Source: an uncultured Ruminococcus sp. (lineage in GTDB: Bacteria; Bacillota; Clostridia; Oscillospirales; CAG-272). From it: DNA of 50,623 nucleotides. Under the pieces are notes generated by a model. That model was not told where the DNA came from and ran no database searches. It saw nothing but the letters and a program-made list of their open reading frames with translations. Both the position numbers and the translations under genes were made by a program. This document shows positions 1 through 8,873 of this stretch, piece after piece; positions within the stretch are counted from its first letter, which is position 1, and the number at the start of each line of letters is the position of its first letter. Location: contig CAZVQC010000006.1 in NCBI GenBank assembly GCA_964629225.1, positions 1 through 50,623 of the forward strand. Direction: 5' to 3'.

Positions 1-235
1 TTATTTTTTGCACTCACAATATTTGGTCGGTTGATTTGAGTTGCTCAGTCACGCCTTCACGCTCTGACCGCTGCTTCACAAGGCGGTCAAACAGTTTCTG
101 TGCCTGTTCTTCAATTTGACTGAGAAACACCCTGCAAGACCTCAAAATCTTGCAGGGTGTTCACATTAAACCGAAAACGGGAAAAGACCGTAAATTTTCA
201 CATATATATGTTTGTGTCAAGTAAAATACAGGATA

Positions 236-724
236 TTAGTTGAGCGTTACAAAAATCATTACGCCACCGCCATCATCAATCAACTCCAAAGAGTCTCCGT
301 TTTCATGTTTCGCCCGAAACTCATAACAAGTACGACCATATCGTTCTCCTATGACATTCTCGCTCACATTTACATTAAAACCTGCTTCTTTTAATGCCGT
401 ACAATATGTCAAAATGTTCTCGTGCGTTACATCTCCGTTCAAGCCGCCGTTTGTCGAGGTTACCCGAACGCTCGATGTGTCAACTTCCACGTCGTAGTTG
501 AAAGGCGGCTCGGGAATCGGCATTTCATACTCCGCACCCGCCCAGTTCATATCAAATGCAGGGGCTGATGAATCTTCCGGTTCCGATGTTGACTGTGATT
601 CTGCACTGTTTGTTGTCGATTCGTTTTCTGTAGTCGAAGTCTGTCCATTTACATTCTCATTGTTGTTTGATGTCCGGTTTTCAGCACCACACGCCACAAG
701 AGATACGCACATTACTGCTACCAA
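236..724 (-). CDS. secreted lipoprotein of unknown function
   Basis: 162-aa ORF with a TTG start (per ORF track). N-terminal signal peptide with lipobox (LVAC-G), followed by an Asn/Ser/Thr/Glu-rich linker and a small globular C-terminal domain. Imperfect hairpin downstream at ~130-165. Confidence 0.45.
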   Translation of the reverse strand: MVAVMCVSLVACGAENRTSNNNENVNGQTSTTENESTTNSAESQSTSEPEDSSAPAFDMNWAGAEYEMPIPEPPFNYDVEVDTSSVRVTSTNGGLNGDVTHENILTYCTALKEAGFNVNVSENVIGERYGRTCYEFRAKHENGDSLELIDDGGGVMIFVTLN

Positions 725-965
725 AAGCAGTGCTATTACCTTTTTTATTGTCTTTCCCTCTCATATGTAATCTGCATTAAATTATTGACTGCAACCAGTA
801 TTGCAATCAACACATTTTATAAATCATACAGTGCGTTTATTTGTTTGTCAATACTTGAGGTGATAATTCTGTTCAATTGTGGACATTTAGGGGTTAAAAA
901 AAGCCTTGTTTTAAGCCATTTTCAAAACACATAACTTGAGGGGTAAATGCACTTTTCCACTATAT

Positions 966-1269
966 GATATTCCAAAACAATATAGACAAAGGCGAGTAAT
1001 TGAAAATATCGTTGCAATGGAATTGCTCAGACGTGGAAACGAGGTCTATGCAGGGGTTCGATATAAAAAAAGAAATTGACTTTGTAGCCTTAAAACGAAG
1101 CGAAAAGATCTGTATTCAAGTTTCGGATAACATCACCTTGCCCGAAACTTTTAAAAGAGAAGTAGATCCACTTCTCAGAATCAAAGACGCCTCATATTTT
1201 TCGGTCAAAGGGATTGACTCCCCTGCAATTGCATTGTATAATGTACATCGAAAGATGTACATCAATTAA
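966..1269 (+). pseudogene. decayed C-terminal remnant of a DUF4143-type AAA ATPase gene (frameshifted)
   Basis: Two adjacent reading frames give ...[23 protein letters not shown] and [42 protein letters not shown]. Joined together they reproduce the conserved C-terminal module of Clostridial DUF4143 ATPases. The frame break sits at an A7-8 homopolymer at ~1065-1072. No Walker-A N-terminal part is present upstream. Confidence 0.45.
1214..1262 (+). promoter_or_regulatory. consensus sigma-70 promoter with overlapping palindromic operator upstream of the TetR gene
   Basis: TTGACT (1214-1219), 17-nt spacer, TATAAT (1237-1242). Immediately overlapping it is a perfect inverted repeat ATGTACATC-gaaa-GATGTACAT (1241-1262), 30 nt upstream of the TetR ATG. 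Confidence 0.6.
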
Positions 1270-1292
1270 GTTTTGCATGGAAGGAGTAGCAT

Positions 1293-1913
1293 ATGGCACC
1301 GAAGGTAAAGTTTACACGGGAAGAATTTGCACAGGAAGGGTTGAACGTGGTTCGAAAGAAAGGTTTTGCTGCTTTGACTGCGCAAGCATTGGCTGAGGAA
1401 CTGAAGATCTCTACCCGCCCGATTTTCACCTGCTTTGGAACGATGGATGAACTGAAAAAAGAGGTCTACGCTGCGGCAGAGACGGTCTATAAAAACTATG
1501 AGAGCATCGGTCTAAAGCATCCGATCCCGTTTCTCGGCACCGGGCTTCAATATATCCGCTTCGCAAAAGAAGAACCGGAATTGTATCGTTCGCTGTTTCT
1601 GACACCGGGAGCCGGCTTCGTCGGTGCTATGTCCTCTATGGCACATTTGCAAAAAATGGTAAGAGAACCATTGATGCGTATCTACAATTTGGACGAAAAG
1701 ACGGCAGACTTCTATTTCCGGGAGCTTTGGCTGGTGGTTCACAGTCTGGCTACCTTGATCGTGACCGGCGACTGCCCGTATTCCGATGAGGAAATCAGTG
1801 GGATCCTTACCGGATTCAGCGTAAGCATCTGCAAGTCCATCAAGGAAATTCCGGGTTTTGCGGATGGGACTTTTGAACGGGATGCCATCTTTCGTGCATT
1901 GGTCGCCCGGTAA
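1293..1913 (+). CDS. TetR/AcrR-family transcriptional regulator
   Basis: 206 aa. N-terminal TetR-type HTH (FTREEFAQEGLNVVRKKGFAALTAQALAEELKISTRPIFTCFGTMDELKKEVY). RBS GGAAGGAG 7 nt upstream of the ATG. Confidence 0.8.
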   Translation: MAPKVKFTREEFAQEGLNVVRKKGFAALTAQALAEELKISTRPIFTCFGTMDELKKEVYAAAETVYKNYESIGLKHPIPFLGTGLQYIRFAKEEPELYRSLFLTPGAGFVGAMSSMAHLQKMVREPLMRIYNLDEKTADFYFRELWLVVHSLATLIVTGDCPYSDEEISGILTGFSVSICKSIKEIPGFADGTFERDAIFRALVAR

Positions 1914-2180
1914 ACTGAATGGAAACGGGAGTCGAGTATTATCTGTCGGAGATCCATCATTTTGCCGCATAGGGATATGAGGTATTTGCGTTTGAATACA
2001 GCGGCTATGTCGGAAGCTCCGTGTGGATTTTCGTATGAGGGAGAAAAAGAGACGCTGTTGGCAGATTAAGTTGATAATAAGAAATTTTTGAGAGGCTTGT
2101 TTTATGCAATGTATGATGAACTGCCAACTTCAAAACCGAAATAAAGAGAAACAAATAATTTGCGGTTTACGGAGGAATTT

Positions 2181-2846
2181 ATGGAAAACACAAAGCAACT
2201 GATCGGCTGCCGTGGTTTGGACGGCGAAACTTGTGATGCCGTCATCGCAGGCTTTGTCACGCAGGGACTGCCTTCAAAAGATACGGCGGATAGAACGGGT
2301 ATCCCGCTTGACATTGCGGTATCAAGTCTGAACGGCTCAAAACAAGAATCTTTACAGGGAGCCGTAAAGACTATGAATAGAAGAATACTGATAATATCCG
2401 TAATAATTGTAATTGTACTACTTTCAATGCTTACAATATACATGTGGATTCAACCAAAAGAATTCAAGGTCGGCGATGATGAAATTGCACTGTATATACA
2501 ATTGGACACGAAGGAAGATATTGGATTGTTGGTGTTTGATTATAGCGCAAACGGTATCAAATATAGCGGAGGTACAAGTAATGCGGATAAATCACTGTTA
2601 AAGCATGATGAACGATTGATTGAAGTTTGGGATCAAGAAAGCTTGAACTGCTTTACTGATTCTGTGGAATTATACATACAGTTTAGGATCATAACAGAAT
2701 ACACAGACCCCAATTATGAAAACATATATCCGGAGAATCTTACAAAATATATGGAACCTGTTTCATTTGAAGCGAATTTTGGAGAGTCTTACTATTTTAC
2801 CATCACCGGAGATAACATAAGCGGATATACGCCGGTACAGAATTGA
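2181..2846 (+). CDS. membrane-anchored hypothetical protein
   Basis: ATG at 2181 follows GGAGGA. About 70 aa cytoplasmic, then one TM helix (ILIISVIIVIVLLSMLTIYMW) and a 130-aa extracytoplasmic domain. No recognisable family. Confidence 0.4.
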   Translation: MENTKQLIGCRGLDGETCDAVIAGFVTQGLPSKDTADRTGIPLDIAVSSLNGSKQESLQGAVKTMNRRILIISVIIVIVLLSMLTIYMWIQPKEFKVGDDEIALYIQLDTKEDIGLLVFDYSANGIKYSGGTSNADKSLLKHDERLIEVWDQESLNCFTDSVELYIQFRIITEYTDPNYENIYPENLTKYMEPVSFEANFGESYYFTITGDNISGYTPVQN

Positions 2847-3128
2847 CAGTTTTCAGTTTTGTTGGGATAAGGTGGCAATTCCGATTTAGCGAACAGACAT
2901 GCATGGTTTCACTTGCACCGAAACGGTTTTATTTTTTTGAGTGAAACCATTTGAAGCCGTATCATTTTGATCAATTCTTGCCAAAAAACTACGGAGTGCA
3001 AAGCACTCCGTAGTTTTTTGATTGCGGAAGACCTGTGCCGACCTCCGAGTTATGAGACCGACGGGCGCTATGTAGCTGTCGGACCGAATTAGCGGGCGGT
3101 CGTGCCGACTGTGGCATGGCTTCATCCA

Positions 3129-3285
3129 AAGCCGCCGCGCGTCCCGCTTCCCGGCGAGCGGAGCGAGCATTCGGGAAGGGGGATCTGTGCGGCGCCCTCG
3201 CTTCATCATGTGGTAATACTTCATCCCCAGGCGGGCAAAGCGGACGAAGGTCGCTTTGCAGTGCCGTGGGCGGTATGGCAGAGCG
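3129..3285. repeat. structured ~155-bp intergenic repeat, copy 1 of 3
   Basis: About 88% identical to 44021-44170 and partly to 40568-40690. Contains 11-bp (CCCGCTTCCCG..CGGGAAGCGGG, relative to the reverse strand) and 8-bp (GCAAAGCG..CGCTTTGC) inverted repeats. Spurious ORFs in the ORF track share peptides (ERAFGKGDLCG, KRGRRTDP) only because the DNA is repeated. Confidence 0.6.
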
Positions 3286-3620
3286 TGATATAAGCCGCTT
3301 TTTTGCCCTTTCAGCCATTTGTGACACTCGTCCATCGCTTCAAGTGCAAAAGTCGCTAAAAAGCCCTCAAAATGCCCAAAGAACAGCCATTCGTGTGCCA
3401 TGCCGTCGGCAGCAGAGTCTCACTGTCCACCGGAACGTAATCATCGTACCGACTTGACCAAAAACAGGACGTTTTCCTCCGGAAAACTCCATCAACAAGG
3501 AATGCGGATTTTCGCTCAGCGAAAAGCGACCGCACTGTCGCCGTAGGTGTCACATCACTCATCATTCGTCACCGTGCGTTTCGAAATATCACTTGAACCT
3601 TGCCGTACTGCTTCCGTTTT

Positions 3621-4826
3621 TCAGTGGGATGCGATATTCATGGCACCGCCGAGGACGCCTTTTTCGCCGGAGTGAACATGAAGGGTGGTGATATCCGGGT
3701 ATGCAAGATCGACTGCTCTGATGACAGTGCCTTTCCCGTAGCGGGCATCAAGGGCATCGGCGGCGCTTTCCAGCATCTCACGCTTTTGTATCTTATAGAG
3801 CTCCGGATCGAAGGACATCTGCATCTCGTTTGTGAAGATAAGTCCCGTGGCTCGGATGCTCATGGATCTTACAGGTGACGTCCATCTGTAACTGCTCTTG
3901 AACAGTTCCCATGCGCACTTGAATATCTCGGTGGAGGCACGGCAGGGGAATGTCAGTTTTTTTTGCTTTTCGTAACAGACGAGCTTTGAATCCCTCACCG
4001 CCACGGTGACGGTGTCCGCCATGCATCCGTAATTTCTCATTCTGGAGGAGACCTTTGCGGCGAGGGCAATAAGTGCCGCTCTGACGTCATCCTCATTCAC
4101 AAGGTCCCTTGGGGAGGTGTTGCCGCAGGATACCGATCTCGGCTGCACAAAGGTATCATTTTGGGCGACGGGAGAGGTGTCGAGGCCGTTTGCATAGGCC
4201 CAGAGGACTTCGCCGTTTTTGCCCATTATAGAGCGCATCAGGTGCTTTGGCATGGATGCCAGTGCTCCTACGGTGACGATGCCCCGATCCGCAAGCTTCC
4301 TTCTCGTCTTTTCCCCCACGAAGAGCAGTTCCTCAACTCCCAGCGGCCAGACCTTCTCTTTGAAGGTGTCCTTGGATATCACCGTCACCGCATCGGGCTT
4401 TTTCATGTCGCTTCCCAGCTTTGCGAAGACCTTGTTGAAGGAGACCCCCACGGACACGGTGACACCGAGGTCTTTTTTTATCCGCTCTCTTATCTCGTTT
4501 GCTATCTTTTCGCCGGTGCCGAAATATTTTCCGCTTGCGCTGACGTCCAGCCAGCATTCGTCGATGCCGAAGGGCTCCACAAGGTCGGTATACTCGCAAT
4601 ATATCCCGCGAGCCGCCTGTGAAAACTTCTCATATTCGTCGTAATGGGGCGGCACGAAGAGGATGTCCGGACATTTCAGCCGTGCCTGCCAAAGTGCCTC
4701 CCCGGTGGCGACTCCGTATTTTTTTGCCTCGTAATTCTTTGCAAGAACTATCCCGTGCCGTTTTTCCGGGTCTCCCGCCACAGCTACGGGGCGGCCGCTT
4801 ATCTTCGGGTCGAGAAAGCATTCCAC
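3621..4826 (-). CDS. dinB: DNA polymerase IV (Y-family translesion polymerase)
   Basis: 401-aa ORF with the typical DinB palm/fingers region (FVPPHYDEYEKFS..., SVGVSFNKVFAKLGSDMKKPD). The conserved N-terminus (TVLHSDLNNFFASVE) continues upstream of the annotated GTG, so the true start is uncertain. Confidence 0.85.
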   Translation of the reverse strand: MECFLDPKISGRPVAVAGDPEKRHGIVLAKNYEAKKYGVATGEALWQARLKCPDILFVPPHYDEYEKFSQAARGIYCEYTDLVEPFGIDECWLDVSASGKYFGTGEKIANEIRERIKKDLGVTVSVGVSFNKVFAKLGSDMKKPDAVTVISKDTFKEKVWPLGVEELLFVGEKTRRKLADRGIVTVGALASMPKHLMRSIMGKNGEVLWAYANGLDTSPVAQNDTFVQPRSVSCGNTSPRDLVNEDDVRAALIALAAKVSSRMRNYGCMADTVTVAVRDSKLVCYEKQKKLTFPCRASTEIFKCAWELFKSSYRWTSPVRSMSIRATGLIFTNEMQMSFDPELYKIQKREMLESAADALDARYGKGTVIRAVDLAYPDITTLHVHSGEKGVLGGAMNIASH

Positions 4827-5141
4827 CGATGCAAAGAAATTGTTAAGGTCGGAGTGAAGTACCGTTCTTTCCGTTTTTATCCCCTCTTTTCTTACTTTTT
4901 CGAACTTATGTTCGCTTTTTCTTCCTTGACTATTCTACCGCGAGACACCCGCCATGTCAACGGAACCGGTACATAAAAAATTATGTTTTTCGGTGCATCG
5001 GCGTTGTCTTTTCCTAAAATGCGCTGTATAATGGCAGTTGGAACGGAAAAAGATCGCTTCGTCCACGCTTGGCAGCTTAAGACGGTCATTTTTCCGAAAA
5101 AAAGATACCGAAAGGAAAAGCCCCACAGGGGGCGTTATAAC

Positions 5142-5825
5142 GTGAGATACAAAAGCATAACGGAGGCGACCTTCATATCCCGTCCGAACCGCTTCATTGC
5201 CAATGTGGATATCGGTGGGATGAGGGAGACCGTCCACGTGAAAAATACCGGCAGATGCAAGGAGCTTCTTCTGCCCGGAAGCACCGTCATCCTTGAGGAC
5301 TGCGAAAGCCCCGCAAGGAAGACCCGATACGACCTTGTGGCGGTGAAAAAGGAGGGGCTCGGCTGGGTCAATATCGACAGTCAGGCACCCAATGTCGCAG
5401 TCAAGGAGTGGCTCGGAGCCGAAAACTTTCTATTTTCGAAGGCGGATTTTATAAAGCCGGAGTTTGGGTACGGCAAGTCCCGTGTGGACTTCTATGTTGA
5501 AGTCGGTGACAGGCGGATACTCATCGAAGTGAAGGGCTGCACTCTTGAGAAGAACGGAGTGGGATATTTTCCCGATGCTCCCACTGAGCGTGGCGTGAAG
5601 CATCTGCGTGAGCTTGCATCTGCGGCGGCGGAGGGCTTTGAGTGCTACGTCGCCTTTGTCATCGCCATGCCGGGAGTGAGACGGGTGCTTCCCAATGAAG
5701 AGACCCATCCCGCCTTTGCGGAGGCGTTAAAACAGGCAAGAGATGCGGGAGTGGGAGTGCTGTTTTTCACTTGCGATACCGAGCCGGGAGAGCTCTCCAT
5801 AACGGAGTGCATCTTGGACAAGTGA
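5142..5825 (+). CDS. sfsA: sugar fermentation stimulation protein A (SfsA family nuclease-like protein)
   Basis: GTG start at 5142 after AGGGGG. The YFPDAPTERGVKHLRELASAAAEG motif is almost identical to E. coli SfsA. Confidence 0.85.
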   Translation: MRYKSITEATFISRPNRFIANVDIGGMRETVHVKNTGRCKELLLPGSTVILEDCESPARKTRYDLVAVKKEGLGWVNIDSQAPNVAVKEWLGAENFLFSKADFIKPEFGYGKSRVDFYVEVGDRRILIEVKGCTLEKNGVGYFPDAPTERGVKHLRELASAAAEGFECYVAFVIAMPGVRRVLPNEETHPAFAEALKQARDAGVGVLFFTCDTEPGELSITECILDK

Positions 5826-5868
5826 GGCAGGACTACCTATCTCACGCCTAAGCGGATCCGATGGGCGG

Positions 5869-6756
5869 TCATAGGAGCTTTTCGAATTCCGAGAGCAATT
5901 TTTTCTTCTTCTTTTCCTCCATTTCGGAAAGGGGAAGCCTGAACTCCGGGCGGCACAGCCCCATCTCCGAAAGCACCGTCTTTACCGGGACGGGATTTGT
6001 TTCGGAGAAGAGAGCCTTTGCGAAGGGAAGGAGTCTTGCGAAAAGACGTGCCGCCGTCGGGTAGTCTCCGACTGTCGAAAGACGGTAGATCTCAAGAGAT
6101 TCCCTCGGAAAGACTCCGGAGAGCACCGACACCGTTCCCACGGCACCGAGAGAGTATAGAGGAAGTGTGATATCGTCACAGCCGGAATAGAGGGAGTATC
6201 TGTCGGAAAACAAAGAGAGGAGCACGGCGCTTTTTCCGACGCTTCCCGATGCTTCCTTGATACCTACGATATTCTCCACCTCCGACAGGGCATTGTAGAC
6301 TGTCACCGGAATGTCCACTCCCGTCCTTGAGGGCACGTTGTAGAGTATCATTGGAAGCTCCGTTGCGGCGGCAACGCATTTGAAATGCTCGCAAAGCCCC
6401 CGTTCGGTGGCCTTGTTATAGTAGGGAGTCACACAGAGAAGAGCATCCGCCCCCGATCTTTCCGCAACGGCGGCAAGGCGGCAGGCCTTTGCGGTGTCGT
6501 TGGAGCCGCACCCCGCTATGAAGACGGCCCTGCCCTTCAAAATGTCGGCGGCGCATTCGAAAAGCTCCCTTTTTTCCGTTTCGCTCAGCACGGACGCCTC
6601 TCCGGTAGTGCCGCATACTACTATCGCTTTAATGCCGTTTTTAAGCTGGTATTCAAGTATCCTCTCAAACGACGGCAGATCGAGCCTCCCACCCGAAAAC
6701 GGAGTCACGGCGGCGGTGGCAACGCCCTTGAAGACGGTCTTTATTTCGTTTTTCAT
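5869..6756 (-). CDS. dapA: 4-hydroxy-tetrahydrodipicolinate synthase (DapA/NAL aldolase family)
   Basis: 295 aa with the GTTGE motif and the Schiff-base lysine context GIKEASG. Confidence 0.75.
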   Translation of the reverse strand: MKNEIKTVFKGVATAAVTPFSGGRLDLPSFERILEYQLKNGIKAIVVCGTTGEASVLSETEKRELFECAADILKGRAVFIAGCGSNDTAKACRLAAVAERSGADALLCVTPYYNKATERGLCEHFKCVAAATELPMILYNVPSRTGVDIPVTVYNALSEVENIVGIKEASGSVGKSAVLLSLFSDRYSLYSGCDDITLPLYSLGAVGTVSVLSGVFPRESLEIYRLSTVGDYPTAARLFARLLPFAKALFSETNPVPVKTVLSEMGLCRPEFRLPLSEMEEKKKKKLLSEFEKLL

Positions 6757-6983
6757 CTTGCCTCCTCTGAAATACCGATCTTATATCAGTTTATGTCGCA
6801 GTTTGAAGATGTTACGGACACAGGACACGGCGCAAAATGGAGAAAAAAGGAAAACACTATTTCAAGATGGGGCTTTTTCGGCGTTGGATGGGGGCTTTTT
6901 TCTGTTTTTTTCAAAAAAATCATTGACACGGGGCACAAAGCATTTTACAATATAAAAGTATGAAAAAAGAAGGCGGTGGAAAA

Positions 6984-7985
6984 ATGGCACTTTATATTCC
7001 GGAAGGCTACAAGCCTCATCTCAACGTCCGCTACACTCAGCTGGCGATCAAAAAGGTGAAGGATTTCTTCGAAAGGGATCTGGCGATCGAACTCAATCTG
7101 ACGAGGGTATCCGCTCCCGTTTTCGTGGATTCAAAAAGCGGACTCAACGACAATTTGAACGGTGTGGAACGTCCCGTATCTTTTTCCCTCAGAGACGGGG
7201 GAGACTTTGAGATAGTTCACTCTCTGGCAAAATGGAAGCGTATGGCGCTGAGAGACTACGGTTTTTCCGTGGGAGAAGGGCTCTACACGGACATGACCGC
7301 AATAAGACGGGACGAGGAGACCGACAACCTTCATTCTGTCTACGTGGATCAGTGGGACTGGGAAAAGGTGATAACCAAGGAGGAGCGCACCGAAAAGATG
7401 CTCAAAAAGACGGTCAAGTACATCTACGAGGCATTGCGTCACACGGAGAACTACATAGTCAACGACTACAATTTCATCGGAAAGCTCCTTCCCGAAAAGA
7501 TAACTTTCGTTACCACGTCGGAGCTTGAGGAGATGTATCCCGACAAAACACCCAAAGAAAGGGAGTACCTTGCGGTCAAAAAGTGGGGAGCCGTATTCCT
7601 CATGAAGATAGGCGGCGCTCTCAAAAACGGAAAGCCTCATGACGGACGTGCTCCCGACTATGATGACTGGGAACTGAACGGGGATATCTTAGTCTACTAC
7701 CCCGTTCTCGATACGGCGTTTGAGCTTTCCTCAATGGGTATCAGAGTCGATGAGGAAGCCCTCGCCCGTCAGCTTGAGGCGGCGGGCTGCACCGAAAGGG
7801 CATCCCTTCCTTTCCATAGGGAGCTCCTTGAGGGAAAGCTCCCCTACACTGTCGGAGGCGGCATAGGACAGTCGAGGATGTGCATGTTCTTTTTGAGAAA
7901 AGCCCACATAGGCGAGGTGCAGTCCTCCTATTGGACTCCCGAAGTGAGACGTGAATGCCGTGAGCACGGATTTGAACTTTTGTAA
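6984..7985 (+). CDS. asnA: aspartate--ammonia ligase (asparagine synthetase A)
   Basis: Colinear with E. coli AsnA (HSLAKWKR, SVYVDQWDWE, APDYDDW, GDILV..P, SSMGIRVD, GGGIGQSR). ATG at 6984 has a GGTGG RBS; the upstream ATG at 6960 has none. Confidence 0.9.
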   Translation: MALYIPEGYKPHLNVRYTQLAIKKVKDFFERDLAIELNLTRVSAPVFVDSKSGLNDNLNGVERPVSFSLRDGGDFEIVHSLAKWKRMALRDYGFSVGEGLYTDMTAIRRDEETDNLHSVYVDQWDWEKVITKEERTEKMLKKTVKYIYEALRHTENYIVNDYNFIGKLLPEKITFVTTSELEEMYPDKTPKEREYLAVKKWGAVFLMKIGGALKNGKPHDGRAPDYDDWELNGDILVYYPVLDTAFELSSMGIRVDEEALARQLEAAGCTERASLPFHRELLEGKLPYTVGGGIGQSRMCMFFLRKAHIGEVQSSYWTPEVRRECREHGFELL

Positions 7986-8015
7986 GACAGTCGGTATTTG
8001 ACGGAGGAACGGACA

Positions 8016-8798
8016 GTGAAAGCTATCGAACTTATGAAAGCGGTTGCCGGTGAGGCGTTTGACACCACCGGTACCGTGGATAATTTCAAATACGGAGACA
8101 AGGAGAGGGAGGTATCCCGTGTTGCGGTCTGCTTGACGGCGACTCCCGACGTAATAAGGGAGGCATCAAAATGGGGGGCGGATCTTATCATCACCCATGA
8201 GCCGACCTATTATGAGCACACGGACGAGCCTTTTCCGTCTCCCATAACCGATATGAAGAAGCGCCTTATCGAGGAGTGCGATGTCCCCATATGCCGCTTT
8301 CACGACCATATGCACTTCGGTCGGGACGATATGATAGCACTGGGCTTCATCGAGTCCATGGAATGGGGTGACAAGGGCGATTTTGACGGAGTCAGCGCTT
8401 TCGTTCTGAAAGAGAAGGTCGATCCTTTGACACTTGCCAAAGATATTGAGGAAAAACTTGGGATAAAGCACGTTCGCATCGTGGGAAGTACCGACGGAGA
8501 GGTGGAAAAGATAGGGCTGTTTCTCGGTCACCGAGGAGGCGACTGGTGGGGCGAGTTCAAGCGCCACGAGAAATTTGACCTTGTCATCGCCGGAGAATGG
8601 TGTGAGTGGCACGACGGGGAGATCATCCGGGATGCATCACAGCTCGGCATTCAAATGACCGCTCTTATGTTGGGTCATGCCGCCAGTGAGCGTGACGGAA
8701 TGAAGTATCTTGCAAAGGTGATAAATAGAGACTTCGAAGACAGAGGCATCGCCGCAGAGTATTTTGAATGCGGAGAACTCTTTTCTTACGCAGACTGA
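8016..8798 (+). CDS. Nif3-like dinuclear-metal-centre protein (putative)
   Basis: GTG start 7 nt after GGAGGA. GADLIITHEP.. resembles the Nif3 motif. Assignment is tentative. Confidence 0.45.
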   Translation: MKAIELMKAVAGEAFDTTGTVDNFKYGDKEREVSRVAVCLTATPDVIREASKWGADLIITHEPTYYEHTDEPFPSPITDMKKRLIEECDVPICRFHDHMHFGRDDMIALGFIESMEWGDKGDFDGVSAFVLKEKVDPLTLAKDIEEKLGIKHVRIVGSTDGEVEKIGLFLGHRGGDWWGEFKRHEKFDLVIAGEWCEWHDGEIIRDASQLGIQMTALMLGHAASERDGMKYLAKVINRDFEDRGIAAEYFECGELFSYAD

Positions 8799-8813
8799 AA
8801 AAAACGGAATAAA

Positions 8814-8868
8814 AAGCACGGCGATGCCGTGCTTTTTCAAAAGAAAGCCGCCCGATCGGGCGGCTTTT
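8814..8868. terminator. two tandem GC-rich hairpins between convergent genes
   Basis: GCACGGC-gat-GCCGTGC followed by TTTTT, and GCCGCCC-gatc-GGGCGGC followed by TTTT. They lie between the stop codons at 8798 (+) and 8874 (-). Confidence 0.6.
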
Positions 8869-8873
8869 GTGAT

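Noticed and set aside
1-170. Short minus-strand ORF (about 40 codons, ...SQIEEQAQKLFDRLVKQRSEREGVTEQLKSTDQIL) at the window start
   Set aside because: Too short, with no RBS. It overlaps the hairpin at 130-165 and is probably intergenic sequence downstream of the lipoprotein gene.
2886-3401. 171-aa minus ORF and several 60-113-aa ORFs in the 2.9-3.5 kb region, plus similar ORFs at 40344-40769 and 43811-44329
   Set aside because: They overlap the intergenic repeat copies. Their shared peptides (e.g. KRGRRTDP, ERAFGK.DLCG, PPRVPLPG) arise from repeated DNA read in open frames. They have no RBS and inconsistent starts, so they are better explained as a non-coding repeat.
5982-6616. Small minus/plus ORFs overlapping dapA (5982-6179, 6176-6394, 6416-6616, 6385-6963)
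   Set aside because: Alternative frames of a conserved gene, or of its promoter region, with no support.
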